64,000 nt of DNA, from positions 4,379 to 68,378 of the forward strand of contig JAMOVK010000149.1 in NCBI GenBank assembly GCA_027067775.1. Direction: 5' to 3'. This DNA is from Deltaproteobacteria bacterium. Lineage in GTDB: Bacteria > Desulfobacterota > Dissulfuribacteria > Dissulfuribacterales > QOAL01. Shown here one piece after another: positions 8,881 to 19,300 of this stretch; position 1 is the stretch's first letter; each line of letters begins with the position of its first letter. The position numbers were made by a program, and so were the translations under genes. The notes beneath the pieces are model-generated. The model did no database searches and was not told the origin of the DNA. It worked only from the letters and a program-made list of their open reading frames with translations.

Positions 8881-10171
8881 AAAAAAGCATGAAAAGCCTG
8901 GCCTTTTGGTTGTTGGAGAATGGCAGGCAGTCAAAAAAAAGTGTCTTGAAAAGGCCTTCCAATTTCTTGGAGAAAACGAAAAGGACAACATAACCATACT
9001 GAGGGGAGAGGAGGTATCAGAGGCACAGGTAATCGAAGCACTAAAAACAAGGGGGCTGTTTGGCAACAGAAAGGTGGTGATCTACCAAAATCCTGACTTT
9101 CTGCTTGCTGGAAAGAAAAAGGACCCTGTCAAAAAACTCGTTGGTGCCCTTGAAAGGTCCCAGATGAAGAGGGCGGCAAGGCTTCTTGGATCTGTACTTG
9201 CCGAAAAGGGCCTCTATCCTGATACCATTTCGAACCATGAGCCTCATGAATTGCTTTCCTTGCTGGAAACAGATGCCATTAATATTGAACAGGTCCAGGA
9301 ACTTTTGGCCTACCATCTAAAGGAAGTACAAAAGGGACTTGAGACAAGAGGATCAGATGGGCATCTGCTTCTTAACTGGTTAAAAAAAAGAGACAAAGTA
9401 AACAGGCCAGGAAACAGCTTTGTCATAATATATCTGTCACAAAAGCCGCCTGCATCTACCATATTCAAAAAATTTGCTGAACTTTGTCATGTTGAAAATC
9501 TTACGCTTCCTACAGGCAAGGGACAGGAAGCAAAGGCACAGCTGCATCTTTTTGTCAGAGACATGCTGAAAGAACAGGGCAAGGAGATAGACAGCCCTGC
9601 CCTTGAACGCTTCCTGCAACTTGTTGGCACAGGATCTGTTTCTGCCATAAGAAATGAACTTTTAAAGCTTGTGCATCTTTGTGGCGAAAAGGGCAGAATC
9701 TCTGTCCAAGACGTGGAAAGCCTTGTTGTTCGTCACAAGGAAGAAGAAATCTTCAGGCTAACCGAAGCATTTCGGCAAAAAAGGCTTGGCCAGGCCCTTG
9801 AAAGCCTTGATCTTCTTATAGAACAAAACATCCATCCCCTTGCCCTTTTGTCAGCCATCAGAAACAGCGTGCTTAGAATCCTTGCCATAAAGGCTGCTGC
9901 AAATACACTTCAGATCAGCCCGGGATGTCCCTACAACCAGTTCAAAAATACGTGCTGGCCAGACATGAAAAAGACCCTCTCAAAATACAGTGCAACCTCC
10001 CTATCAAAAATGCATCCCTACAGTGCATTTATTCATCTTGGATCACCACACAAAATTCCTACCCTGTATGACATGATAGAAGAGATGGCAGAGCTTGACC
10101 TAGCCCTTAAGGGGAGTAAATTGGATCCTCGTGTCATAATAGAAAAATTTTTTTTCAAATATCTTTCTTGA
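8873..10171 (+). CDS. holA: DNA polymerase III delta subunit (long form)
   Basis: N-terminal ..TRGLFGNRKVVIY.. and C-terminal ..IRNELLKLV..GRISVQDVESLV..EEEIFRLTEAFRQKRLGQALESLDLLIEQNIHPLALLSAI.. follow the HolA layout. The ATG at 8873 overlaps the upstream stop. Confidence 0.65.
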   Translation: MDKKKHEKPGLLVVGEWQAVKKKCLEKAFQFLGENEKDNITILRGEEVSEAQVIEALKTRGLFGNRKVVIYQNPDFLLAGKKKDPVKKLVGALERSQMKRAARLLGSVLAEKGLYPDTISNHEPHELLSLLETDAINIEQVQELLAYHLKEVQKGLETRGSDGHLLLNWLKKRDKVNRPGNSFVIIYLSQKPPASTIFKKFAELCHVENLTLPTGKGQEAKAQLHLFVRDMLKEQGKEIDSPALERFLQLVGTGSVSAIRNELLKLVHLCGEKGRISVQDVESLVVRHKEEEIFRLTEAFRQKRLGQALESLDLLIEQNIHPLALLSAIRNSVLRILAIKAAANTLQISPGCPYNQFKNTCWPDMKKTLSKYSATSLSKMHPYSAFIHLGSPHKIPTLYDMIEEMAELDLALKGSKLDPRVIIEKFFFKYLS

Positions 10172-10210
10172 AGGTTTTTCTTTTTACTCTGCTAAAAAAG
10201 AGGTGAACAG

Positions 10211-10783
10211 TTGTCAGATAATATAAGGGCCATAGGCAAGCTCCTTTTTGAAGTAAGCATGCTCAAGCATACCATGAGAACTGGCTACGCCTTTCTTGGT
10301 AGTGGCAAGGAGAGTGCGGCAGCTCATAGTTTTAACACGGCCTTTATCGCCTATGTACTTGGAAGGATGAGCCCTGGCGTTGATGTCAACCGCATGGTGC
10401 TCATGGCGCTTATCCACGACATACCAGAGGCAAGGACAGGAGATGCCAACGCTGTACACAAAAGATATATAAAAAGAGACGAGGAAAGAGCCTTTGAAGA
10501 TGCAATCAAAGACACCTTTCTGTCAAAGGAACTCTTGGAACTCTACCAGGAATATGAACAGGCCGAGACCCGTGAGGCCATGCTTGTCCAGGATGCAGAC
10601 CAGATAGACATGCTCCTTTCTCTTAGGGAACAGGAAGACTGCGGTAACCCCAACGCCTCTATGTGGATTCCCTTTGTCAAAAACAGACTCAAGACAGAAC
10701 AGGCAAAGAGCCTTGCTGATACGATAATAAAGACCCACTGGGCCAGTTGGTGGATGGACGAATTCAAAAAGGACCCTTCATAG
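10211..10783 (+). CDS. HD-domain phosphohydrolase (YfbR-like 5'-deoxynucleotidase family)
   Basis: H..HSFNTAF.., LIHDIPEARTGD, DADQIDMLL. TTG start with GAGGTG upstream. Confidence 0.75.
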   Translation: MSDNIRAIGKLLFEVSMLKHTMRTGYAFLGSGKESAAAHSFNTAFIAYVLGRMSPGVDVNRMVLMALIHDIPEARTGDANAVHKRYIKRDEERAFEDAIKDTFLSKELLELYQEYEQAETREAMLVQDADQIDMLLSLREQEDCGNPNASMWIPFVKNRLKTEQAKSLADTIIKTHWASWWMDEFKKDPS

Positions 10784-10800
10784 ACTAGGAGGACAGCATC

Positions 10801-11703
10801 TTGAAAAAAACACTTTTTATTTTTTATGCCGCCCTTGCACTTGGTATCCTGTTTTTCACTTACCCTCAAAAGACGTTTGCCAAAGAGAAGACGCATGCAG
10901 ATCATTCAGTCACTCTGTACATAGCGTACACATGCAACACCTGGGGTCAGCTGCAGCCATGTCCTTCCTGAGGAGGCAAGAAAGTCGGGGGAATCACCCG
11001 CCGGGTCAGTTGGATCCGCCAACAAAAAGAACACCACAAGATAGACCTGCTACTTGATGGAGGAAGGACGCTTTTCATACCAGGTAAAAGGATACAACCC
11101 CATGATCAGAAAAAGGCAGAAAAACTTATCAAGTATTATGAAAAGATGGGTTATCAAAACATTTGTGTTTCAAGCACAGACCTTGGAGCAGGACCAGCCT
11201 TTTTGAAAAAACTGGACTACTCGGGAAGCCTCTTCCTGTCTGCCAATGTGCTTGACGAATCAGGCAAAGCCATCTTTGAACCTGGAAGGCTTTACACCGT
11301 CAAGGGTATTAAGATAGGCGTAATAGCCCTTACGGACAGAAGTCCCACAACAACTCTTAGTAAGGGTGAATCCACAATAGTGGCAGACACCATTTCATCC
11401 TTACAAAAAATCTGGAATGCTACTAAGAAAAATGCAGATCTCATCATCCTTCTTACCAGTCTTGATCAAAGAAGTATCAAGAGGCTGGTAAAAAAATTTC
11501 CTGACATAGACCTTGTCATATCAAGCGGCCTTGGAATCCCGACCTATTCACCCTTCAAAGCTGACAAGACCTTAATCGTATCCACCCATCCAAAGGGAAA
11601 ATCCGTTGGCCTTATTGCCCTTAAGATAAAAAAAGGCATCATCTATAAATACGATAACAGGCTTGTAATGCTTAAAGAGTCGCTATTGGAAATGAATTAC
11701 TGA
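10801..11703 (+). CDS. secreted UshA/5'-nucleotidase-like protein with in-frame TGA (candidate selenocysteine at 10969-10971)
   Basis: TTG 10801 is preceded by AGGAGG (10787-10792). The signal-like N-terminus is LKKTLFIFYAALALGILFF. A single in-frame TGA sits inside C-P-S-TGA-G-G. The same frame runs without further stops into track ORF 11146..11703. The joined product follows the UshA N-terminal domain layout (..LLLDGG.., MGYQNICVSSTDLG, LSANV, IKIGVIALTD, DLIILLTSL, DLVISSG). Confidence 0.55.
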
Positions 11704-11896
11704 GATCACCTGGACAAATCAGACTCTTCTTGTCAACAAATCACGGCCTCAACTAGTCTACTAAAAAATAATTTGACCACTCCTGTCCAAATAACGTCAG
11801 GGAAATTTGAAGTTTGAATAGAAAACTGACGAAAGGTCTAAAAGGTATCTGACTGTTTTTTTACAGAAGACTCTTTTAGGGAGGAAATAAAAAGAG

Positions 11897-12670
11897 ATGA
11901 TTAAAAATATAACCTTGGCCCTTTTCTTTTTTGTGACAGCAAGCCTTGGCAACTGTCTTGCCGACTACTCCGGCCTCTGGTGGGATCCATCAAAAGGCGG
12001 ACAAGGGGTGTCGATCTTTCAGAATCAGAATTCCATATGCGGTGCATGGTACCTTTATGATTCTTCTGGCAAAGACATGTGGCTTGTATTTACTGGCGTT
12101 TTGTCACCCGGCAGCACCTTTACTGCCCAGCTTTTGCAGTACACCGGACCGGCTCTTGGAACGCCCTGGGATATAAATCAGGTTAAAAGCAGCAACAAAG
12201 GAACCGTTACCTTGGCATTTAACACCGACACCAGCATCACAATGAACTACACGGTCAACGGTATTAGCGGCACCCTGAATCTGGAGCCTTTTGCAAATGA
12301 TATCGCCTCTATGTACTGGGATCCGGACCAGCCAGGACAAGGGGTGGGGGTATTTATGGAAGGCAAAAACGTGTATGTTGTCTGGTATCTCTATGACAAA
12401 GACGGCAAAGACATGTGGGTAACAACAGGAGCAGACCTGAGCTTGACATCCAGAAAGGCCAACCTCTATGAATTCACTGGCCCAATTTTGGGCAGTGTCT
12501 GGGATCCTTCCCAGGTGCGCCCTTCTGTAGCAGGAAATGCGTCATTGATACTTGGCAATTCTGGCAAAATCCAGATAGTTTATGAAATCCAGGGAATTAC
12601 CGGAACCATGAATCTCGTACCTTTTGTATGCAGCGTTTCCCAGCGGACAAGTGCTGCATCCGGGTCCTAA
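11897..12670 (+). CDS. secreted protein made of two copies of an uncharacterised ~110-aa 'WWDP..GQG' domain
   Basis: Signal peptide MIKNITLALFFFVTASLGNCLA. There is an internal duplication: YSGLWWDPSKGGQGVSIF..AWYLYDSSGKDMW..TG..GTLNLEPF versus ASMYWDPDQPGQGVGVF..VWYLYDKDGKDMW..TG..GTMNLVPF. Confidence 0.7.
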   Translation: MIKNITLALFFFVTASLGNCLADYSGLWWDPSKGGQGVSIFQNQNSICGAWYLYDSSGKDMWLVFTGVLSPGSTFTAQLLQYTGPALGTPWDINQVKSSNKGTVTLAFNTDTSITMNYTVNGISGTLNLEPFANDIASMYWDPDQPGQGVGVFMEGKNVYVVWYLYDKDGKDMWVTTGADLSLTSRKANLYEFTGPILGSVWDPSQVRPSVAGNASLILGNSGKIQIVYEIQGITGTMNLVPFVCSVSQRTSAASGS

Positions 12671-12813
12671 ACAGGCTTCGGCCTTTGAGCCAAATCAATA
12701 ATTCTGTCCTGATAAACAAAAATCGGCAGACTGGCTTATTCCAGCCAGCCTCCTTTTTGGCTGGACACTGATGCTCTTCGTGATTTTCATTTTTTCCCTA
12801 CACTGTTATTCTT

Positions 12814-15219
12814 ATGAGCATGAAATGCAAAAATCTGAAAAAAACCTGCTGGAAGGGATTTGTTTTATTAGCTATTGGCCTTTGGCTTCTTTCATATCCA
12901 AGGCCTAGTCAAGCAATGGCTAAAGGTGGTGATGAAAAAGCCCTGCTGGAACAGGCTGCCATTGATAAAGCAAAAGAACTTTCCATGAAAAAAGTACCAG
13001 ACATGGACTGGCGGCTTGCCGAAATGCTTCGCTCAGGCGTTCATCACCACGCCCAGTCCCGTGACGGTCAGCTTTTTACAGTTTCATTGACAGTAAAAGA
13101 TGATGATTTGAACAAGATCGTCAACAGGCTCAAATTTTTTGGGGTGCAAATCCAGTCCAAAAGAAAAAACAGGCTTCAGATTAAGGTGGACAAAGGCCGC
13201 CTGAGACAAATCGCTTCCTGGAAAGAAACGGCCTACGTCCGCATGCCTTCTGTTGCCAAGGCCCAGGAAATAATTTCAGAAGCCGTATCTGCAACCGGAG
13301 CCCAGGCTATGCAGCAGGCAGGTTTTAGTGGAAAAGGGGTAAAAATTGGCATAATTGATCTTGGTTTTTTTGGCTACAGCCTTCTTCTTGGCTTGGAACT
13401 GCCTGATTCTGTAAAAAAGAAAAATTTTCGTCACGATGCGTGTGAATTTTCGTTTTGTCCAAGCCAAAAACACGGGACAGCGGTAGCTGAGTTAATCCAT
13501 GACCTTGCTCCAGAGGCAGAGCTCTATATGGTTTCTGTTGCGACTGTAGATGAATTCATGGACGCGGTCGACTGGTTGGAACACAGGGGAGTTGACATCG
13601 TTAGCTGTTCACTTGGATACTGGTTATGCGGCCCTGTAGATGGTACCGGATGGTGCAGCAAAAAGGCTGGCGAAATGAGAGGTAAAGGCATACTACCCGT
13701 ATTTGCAGCAGGAAATGCCGCCAAAAGCCACTGGTTTGGCCCGAATAAGGACGAAGATGGTGACTCCTTGATAGAGGTTGATGAACAGGTCCAGGCTCTC
13801 TTTTTCTCCTCTTCTTCGTATCAGGAAGTAACTGTTGCAGCAAACTGGAATGACTGGGGAAAAGACCCAGAGGATGCCCATTCTGATCAAGACATAGATC
13901 TTCTTGTGCTAAGCCCTATTCCCTACAGTACGGAGGTTGAAACTGTCGGAGCCTCCTTTAATAACCAGTCTGGCAGACATGGACATATGCCCATAGAGGC
14001 TACAACCTTCAATGCAGAGCCTGGAAGGCAATACTACATTTTCCTGGTAAACTCAAACACCAACAGACAGGTAACCGTGCATGTTTATCTGGAATGCAAA
14101 TGGAACAGTGAGATTACTCCACATATTGAGGCCCAATCCATACTGCAGCCAGCAGACAGTCCTGATGTTCTTACTGTAGGTGCTGCGGATCTTTCAAATC
14201 ATCTCCTTGACTATTCAAGTCACGGGCCTACCTGGAACGGCGTTGTCAAACCAGATGTTACCGGCCTTTCCGGTCTTGCTACGCTTAGCATATGGGATTT
14301 TGCCGGCACAAGCGCTGCGACCCCCACTGTTGCAGGAGCGGCAGCATTGTTGAAAGAGGCACATCCAAAGTGGGGGCCAGATCAGCTTCAGGCCGCCCTT
14401 GAGCTTCTTTCTAAAGATATCTACAAACCCGGACAGGACAACGGCAGTGGCTGTGGGCTTATAGATGTCTCTAGGGCGGCAAATCTTGGACAAGGACCTG
14501 CTGCCGGCTTTTGGTGGAATCCTCAAAAGGACGGATCAGGTTTTAGTATGGAAAGAGCTGAAGGGACGGATTTTTTGGCTGTTTACACTTACAAGCCCCA
14601 GCAAAACGACTCCATACCGGTATGGTTTACTGGTTCTGGAAAGGCATTTTCATCCCTGACAGGGCCCCTTAATCTTCTTACATGGACAGGATGGCCTCTT
14701 GGCAGCGCTCCAGGTAACTTTGCATCCTCTTATGTGGCTGAGATATCTTTAATATATCTTGACGAAACACACGGGCTTTTGCAGGTGAGGGATACAGCCA
14801 CCAACACAGTAGAAAAACAGCCTGTTGAAAGATTTGTATTCGCAAAAGGGGCCAGCAGCAGTGACAGCCGGACCGGCTGGTGGTGGGACCCGGCCTTTCC
14901 AGGCAATGGCATATTCATGGATTTTCAGTCAGGCACACTCTTTGGCGCCTGGTATCATTACGATGAAAAGGGACTTCCGCGGTGGTGGACCTTTTCCGGA
15001 AGGTTACCAGACCAAGATCAAAAGACTCTAAAGGCCGACATAATCCAGTGGCACGGCGGCCCTTGTCTTTCGTGTCCCCAGATTAAACCCTCTGCTTCGA
15101 TTGTAGGTACTGTGGAAATTGCATTCAAAAATGGTTCACCATCCATCCTAAAATGGCACACAGCTGGAGGCCTATCTGGCAGGTATAATCTTGAACGGTT
15201 TCATTTTTATAAAAAATAG
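12814..15219 (+). CDS. S8 family (subtilisin-like) serine peptidase with two C-terminal 'WWxP..GxG' domains
   Basis: Signal peptide. The catalytic triad is in frame: Asp in GVKIGIIDLG (gat 13357), His in HGTAVAEL (cac 13471), Ser in GTSAATPTVAG (agc 14311), plus the oxyanion AAGN. The C-terminal ~240 aa repeat the domain of the upstream ORF. Confidence 0.85.
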   Translation: MSMKCKNLKKTCWKGFVLLAIGLWLLSYPRPSQAMAKGGDEKALLEQAAIDKAKELSMKKVPDMDWRLAEMLRSGVHHHAQSRDGQLFTVSLTVKDDDLNKIVNRLKFFGVQIQSKRKNRLQIKVDKGRLRQIASWKETAYVRMPSVAKAQEIISEAVSATGAQAMQQAGFSGKGVKIGIIDLGFFGYSLLLGLELPDSVKKKNFRHDACEFSFCPSQKHGTAVAELIHDLAPEAELYMVSVATVDEFMDAVDWLEHRGVDIVSCSLGYWLCGPVDGTGWCSKKAGEMRGKGILPVFAAGNAAKSHWFGPNKDEDGDSLIEVDEQVQALFFSSSSYQEVTVAANWNDWGKDPEDAHSDQDIDLLVLSPIPYSTEVETVGASFNNQSGRHGHMPIEATTFNAEPGRQYYIFLVNSNTNRQVTVHVYLECKWNSEITPHIEAQSILQPADSPDVLTVGAADLSNHLLDYSSHGPTWNGVVKPDVTGLSGLATLSIWDFAGTSAATPTVAGAAALLKEAHPKWGPDQLQAALELLSKDIYKPGQDNGSGCGLIDVSRAANLGQGPAAGFWWNPQKDGSGFSMERAEGTDFLAVYTYKPQQNDSIPVWFTGSGKAFSSLTGPLNLLTWTGWPLGSAPGNFASSYVAEISLIYLDETHGLLQVRDTATNTVEKQPVERFVFAKGASSSDSRTGWWWDPAFPGNGIFMDFQSGTLFGAWYHYDEKGLPRWWTFSGRLPDQDQKTLKADIIQWHGGPCLSCPQIKPSASIVGTVEIAFKNGSPSILKWHTAGGLSGRYNLERFHFYKK

Positions 15220-15291
15220 ATCATTATATATACCCGGATTCTGGATTGATAACATCTGGCGCAAATAAGGTCTAAAAATGGCAACAGAATC

Positions 15292-16257
15292 CTACAGTAC
15301 TACAGTCCTATTTCGGCCATCTTTCTTGGCCTTGTACAGGGCCTTGTCCACCCTATCAATAGAGTCCTGCACAGATTCATCTGGCCTGACCTGGGTTACT
15401 CCCAAGGACACGGTAATGGTGATAAATTTGTCTGGAGGCTCTACTACGAACCTGTAGGTACTTACCTTTTTTCTCAGCCTTTCAGCCAGCTTGAAACTGT
15501 CTTCCTTGGTTGTGTGTGGAGCAATTATCATGAACTCTTCGCCACCATAACGGTAGACCGAATCGGTCTCCCTCACGCTTTTTTTCCAAATAAGGGCCAT
15601 GTTTTTAAGTACCTTGTCTCCTATTCCATGACCATAGGTATCGTTTATTGTCTTGAAACGATCTATATCGCACATTATCAATGACAGAGGATAGTGATAT
15701 CTTTTTACCTTCGAGAGCTCTTTTTGAAGATCATTTTCAAGGGCACGCCTGTTAAGCAACCCGGTTAGACTGTCTATCCTTACTTTGGCCCTGAGATCCG
15801 CTATTATCTTTGCCTGTTCCCTAACCTTTTCCTCGGTCTGCCTTGCCTGCTCCTCAAGCTGTTTATTTTTCTGCCGAAGCTCTGCTATATCATCACGGAA
15901 TATCTTCTCTTCATCCTTTTTGTCCATGGACTTGAGAGAAAGTTTCACCTCATTCACATGGTCTTTGGTGACCTGAACAAACTCCTCGACTGTCTCTCGT
16001 ACTTCCCCAAGTATCTCATTGGTCTCGTCCATGAACTCTTGCAGTAGCTCTGGGGAGAGGTCAGGCTGATTGTGCCTGAAACTGCTAACTGCAGAAAAGC
16101 CCTCTGAAACTGCCACGTCCCAAAATTCCTTGCTATAGATCTGAGGCCAAGGAAGAAGCCCCTTGCCAACAAGGTTTTTAAGGGCAATCCTAGCAATAGA
16201 CGTAACCTGTTCAGCCAAAAACCGTTTTGAAGCTATATCTATCTCCATTAAACGCAT
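15292..16257 (-). CDS. diguanylate cyclase (GGDEF domain, active-site GGEEF) with coiled-coil N-terminal region
   Basis: ..DSLTGLLNRR.., ..DIDRFKTINDTYGH..GD.., RYGGEEFMII, ..ALYKAKKDGRNR... Confidence 0.85.
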   Translation of the reverse strand: MRLMEIDIASKRFLAEQVTSIARIALKNLVGKGLLPWPQIYSKEFWDVAVSEGFSAVSSFRHNQPDLSPELLQEFMDETNEILGEVRETVEEFVQVTKDHVNEVKLSLKSMDKKDEEKIFRDDIAELRQKNKQLEEQARQTEEKVREQAKIIADLRAKVRIDSLTGLLNRRALENDLQKELSKVKRYHYPLSLIMCDIDRFKTINDTYGHGIGDKVLKNMALIWKKSVRETDSVYRYGGEEFMIIAPHTTKEDSFKLAERLRKKVSTYRFVVEPPDKFITITVSLGVTQVRPDESVQDSIDRVDKALYKAKKDGRNRTVVL

Positions 16258-16324
16258 CTATCCTGGGAAAAAGTCAGAAACTTTTTTTTCTTATCGAACG
16301 TAATTGAAATTTATTAAAGAAAAA

Positions 16325-19300
16325 TTATATCATCTTTACTGTTACCAGTTTGGAAACCCCTTTTTCTTCCATAGTAACTCCGTAAAGACAATCTGCCATC
16401 TCCATAACCTGCTGGTTGTGAGTGACCAAAATAACCTGACAGGAGGCAGAAATTCTGCGCACCAGACTGTTGAATTTTAGGGTGTTAGCCTCATCAAGTG
16501 GGGCATCCACCTCATCCAGGAGACAAAATGGCGTAGGCTTTATAAGAAAAATAGCGAATATTAAGGCAAGGGCGGCAAGGGCCTTTTCACCACCAGAAAG
16601 GAGAGACAGGGTATTAATGCGTTTACCTGGCAGCCTAAGCCTGTATTCCACACCAGTTTCAAGAATGTTTTTCTCATCTAGTACAGACAACCAGGCCCTA
16701 CCACCATCAAACAGGAGGGAAAAGACCTTTTGAAGGCTGACATTGATATGTTCAAGGGCTGAAATAAACTTCTCCTTGCATTCTTTGTCTATCTTTGTGA
16801 TGGCATCCTTTATGTCAGCCAGTGATTTTTTTACATCTTCCCTTTGCTGAAGAAGATATTGAAGACGTTGGTCAAGCTGATTGAACTCCTCCATAGCCAT
16901 CAAGTTTACAGGTCCAAAGGACTCGACCTTTTCTGCCAGCCGGTTAAGACGCCTTTCAAGATCAGAAATACCGGCCTCTGAATCAAGGGCTTCGTCTGTC
17001 AGCACCTCATCAATGGACCTTCTAAACTGTTTTAAACACAGCTCTGTCATGTACTTCTTGCCACGAACAGATTCAGAAATATCCATCTCCAACTTATTGA
17101 TTTCCACATTAACTTGAGAGAGCTCTTTTTGGATAGCAGCCCTCTTTTTCTCAACAACAAATCTCTTTTCCCTCAAAGCGTCCATATCCAATTCGATGGC
17201 TTTCAGATCCTTTTCAATATCTTCGATTGTTTTGGTCAGAGATTCGAGCTCCTTTTTCTTGCCATCAAGCTCACCGTGAAGGGTCCTTAATCTGTCTGCG
17301 AGTCTTTTTAAGCCGGCTTGATTTTTTGCAAATTCCTTTTTTGCCCTGTCAATGGCTGCTTCCATACGCTCAAGCTCCGCCTGTCCAGATCCTATTCGTG
17401 CTTTTAGCTCCTGGAACTCAAGGGTCCATCTGTTCTTGTCAGCTGTGGCCTGCTGCAGCCCTTTCTCCCCGTCTGAAAGTTCGGCCTCTAACTTGCCAAG
17501 CCTGGCTTTTAGCTCAACTTCCTGCCTGACAACGTCATCAAGAGCTGTTTCAAGGATTGAGATGGCTGGTAGCAGATCGTCAAGTTCCCTTTTGGCCTCA
17601 TCCAACTCGAATTCCATGAGCTCTAGCCTGTCCTCTATCCCTTGAAGATTTGAGCTGGCCCTGTAAAGTGCCTTTTCAAGATCCCCTTTCTTTTTTTTAA
17701 GATTTCTTAAACCCTGCTCTGCAATTTCAACCTGTTTTTGGGCATCATTCTCCAGCTCTAAATATTCCGCCTCTTTTTCCGTTATTGACTGAAGAGACTG
17801 CAAAATCAAGCCCCTTTCTTCCTCTAATCTCTTTATTTCCTTCTTTCTGGCAATAAGTCCCGCATCCTTTGACCTTTCTCCAAAAACAAAACGCAGCTCC
17901 CTCCATGGAGTAAAGACAAGGCCGTCTTTTGAAATAATATGGAATCTGCCTGAAAAAAAGGCCGTCAAATCCAAGGACAAAACCTCTGACATTTGATCCA
18001 CAACGATCCAGGATGAAAGGAGATCCCTTACCTTCTGGGCTACAGGATCCTGACCAATCACCTTGTCTTTAAGAAACTCAAAGCTGTTGTTGTCAATGCG
18101 AGGCCCTGTCTGGCTGTCGTTCATTAAGCCTTTCGACAAGATCATACTGGCCCCTTTCAGCCTCTGGCCATCCCTTGCCACCTTTTCCAAGATCTTGACC
18201 ATCTCCCTTTTTTCATCAAGGACCACGGACTGAATGGTCTGGCCAAGAGCAGCCTCTACAAGTTCTTCATATTCATCTTCGACTTCAATAAGATCTGCAA
18301 CTATCCTGGCTTTGCTTCCAGATATTGTTTTCAAAAGCCTTGTTGTTTCCAAAAGGCCTGCTCCTTCTTCTTCTATCTGAATAAGCGCCTGAAGACGTGC
18401 ATCTGTTTCTGAAAGACGGCTGTTCCATTTCTGTTTTTCCCTTTTGACCCTTTCAATGGAAATCCTTGCTGAAAAAAGGCCCTTTTCCTTTTCCTGCAAA
18501 CCCTTCTGAGCCTCTCTCATTTCATCTTTACAACTGCTCAAGGCCTTTTTTATCCTAAGGATTTCCTCTTCGATCCTTTCCTTTTGAAGGAAAATTTCAT
18601 GCCTCTTTTCATTCATTATCTCGAGCCTGTCTTCGAGATGGGATTTCCTGTTTTTTCCAGATGTAAGTCTTTCAAGAACCTGTGCCTTTCTAGAAGCAAC
18701 GACCACAAACTGATCCTTTGTGTCCTCACGCCTCATCTTGAGTCTAGAAACCTTCCGGGAACATTCCCTGATCTTTTCCTCAAGACCCTTTGCCTGTTCC
18801 TTCAAAAGGGAAAGGCCCTGGCGATCTTCATCAAGCCCGGACCTGCGCCTGGAGATACTGTCTGAAAGCCCGTGAATCTTGCTTTCAAGCGCATTCTGGG
18901 CCTGTTTCAGGACATTATCTTCATGATGTATCAGAGCAATTTCCTTTTCCAGGGATGAAAGAATCTTAAAGACCCTGTTTTTTTGAGCTATGAGACCTTC
19001 AAGATTTTGCCGTTTAACCCTTTGCCTGTCTAAAAGCCCCTGAAGTTCCATATCCAGCCTTGAAATCTCTAGATCAATACCTGAAATCTCCGTCTCAAGA
19101 GCTATGCTTTTTTGATTCCATTTTTCAAGACAGGCCTTCAGATTCTGTTCCTTTTCATCAAGCTCCAGGTACCGGACCTTTAATATCATGAGACCCAGCG
19201 TGTCTTCTTCCTTTCTGAGCCTGGTAAAACGTTCTGCTTTCCTTGCCTGTCTCTGCAGGGTCCTGGCCTGTCTTTTGACCTCGGCAATTACATCTTCTAG

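Noticed and set aside
10969-10976. TGAGGAGG at the candidate Sec codon read instead as stop + SD for re-initiation of a second cistron
   Set aside because: No ATG, GTG or TTG lies 4-14 nt downstream of the AGGAGG in any frame. The next in-frame ATG is 175 nt away and would delete conserved N-terminal parts of the domain.
12690-12760. Overlapping hairpins (CTGGC..GCCAG, CCAGCC..GGCTGG) between the two 'WWxP' genes as a terminator/antiterminator
   Set aside because: The stems are short (5-6 bp) and the T-run is interrupted. This is compatible with a weak terminator but not convincing as a regulatory switch.
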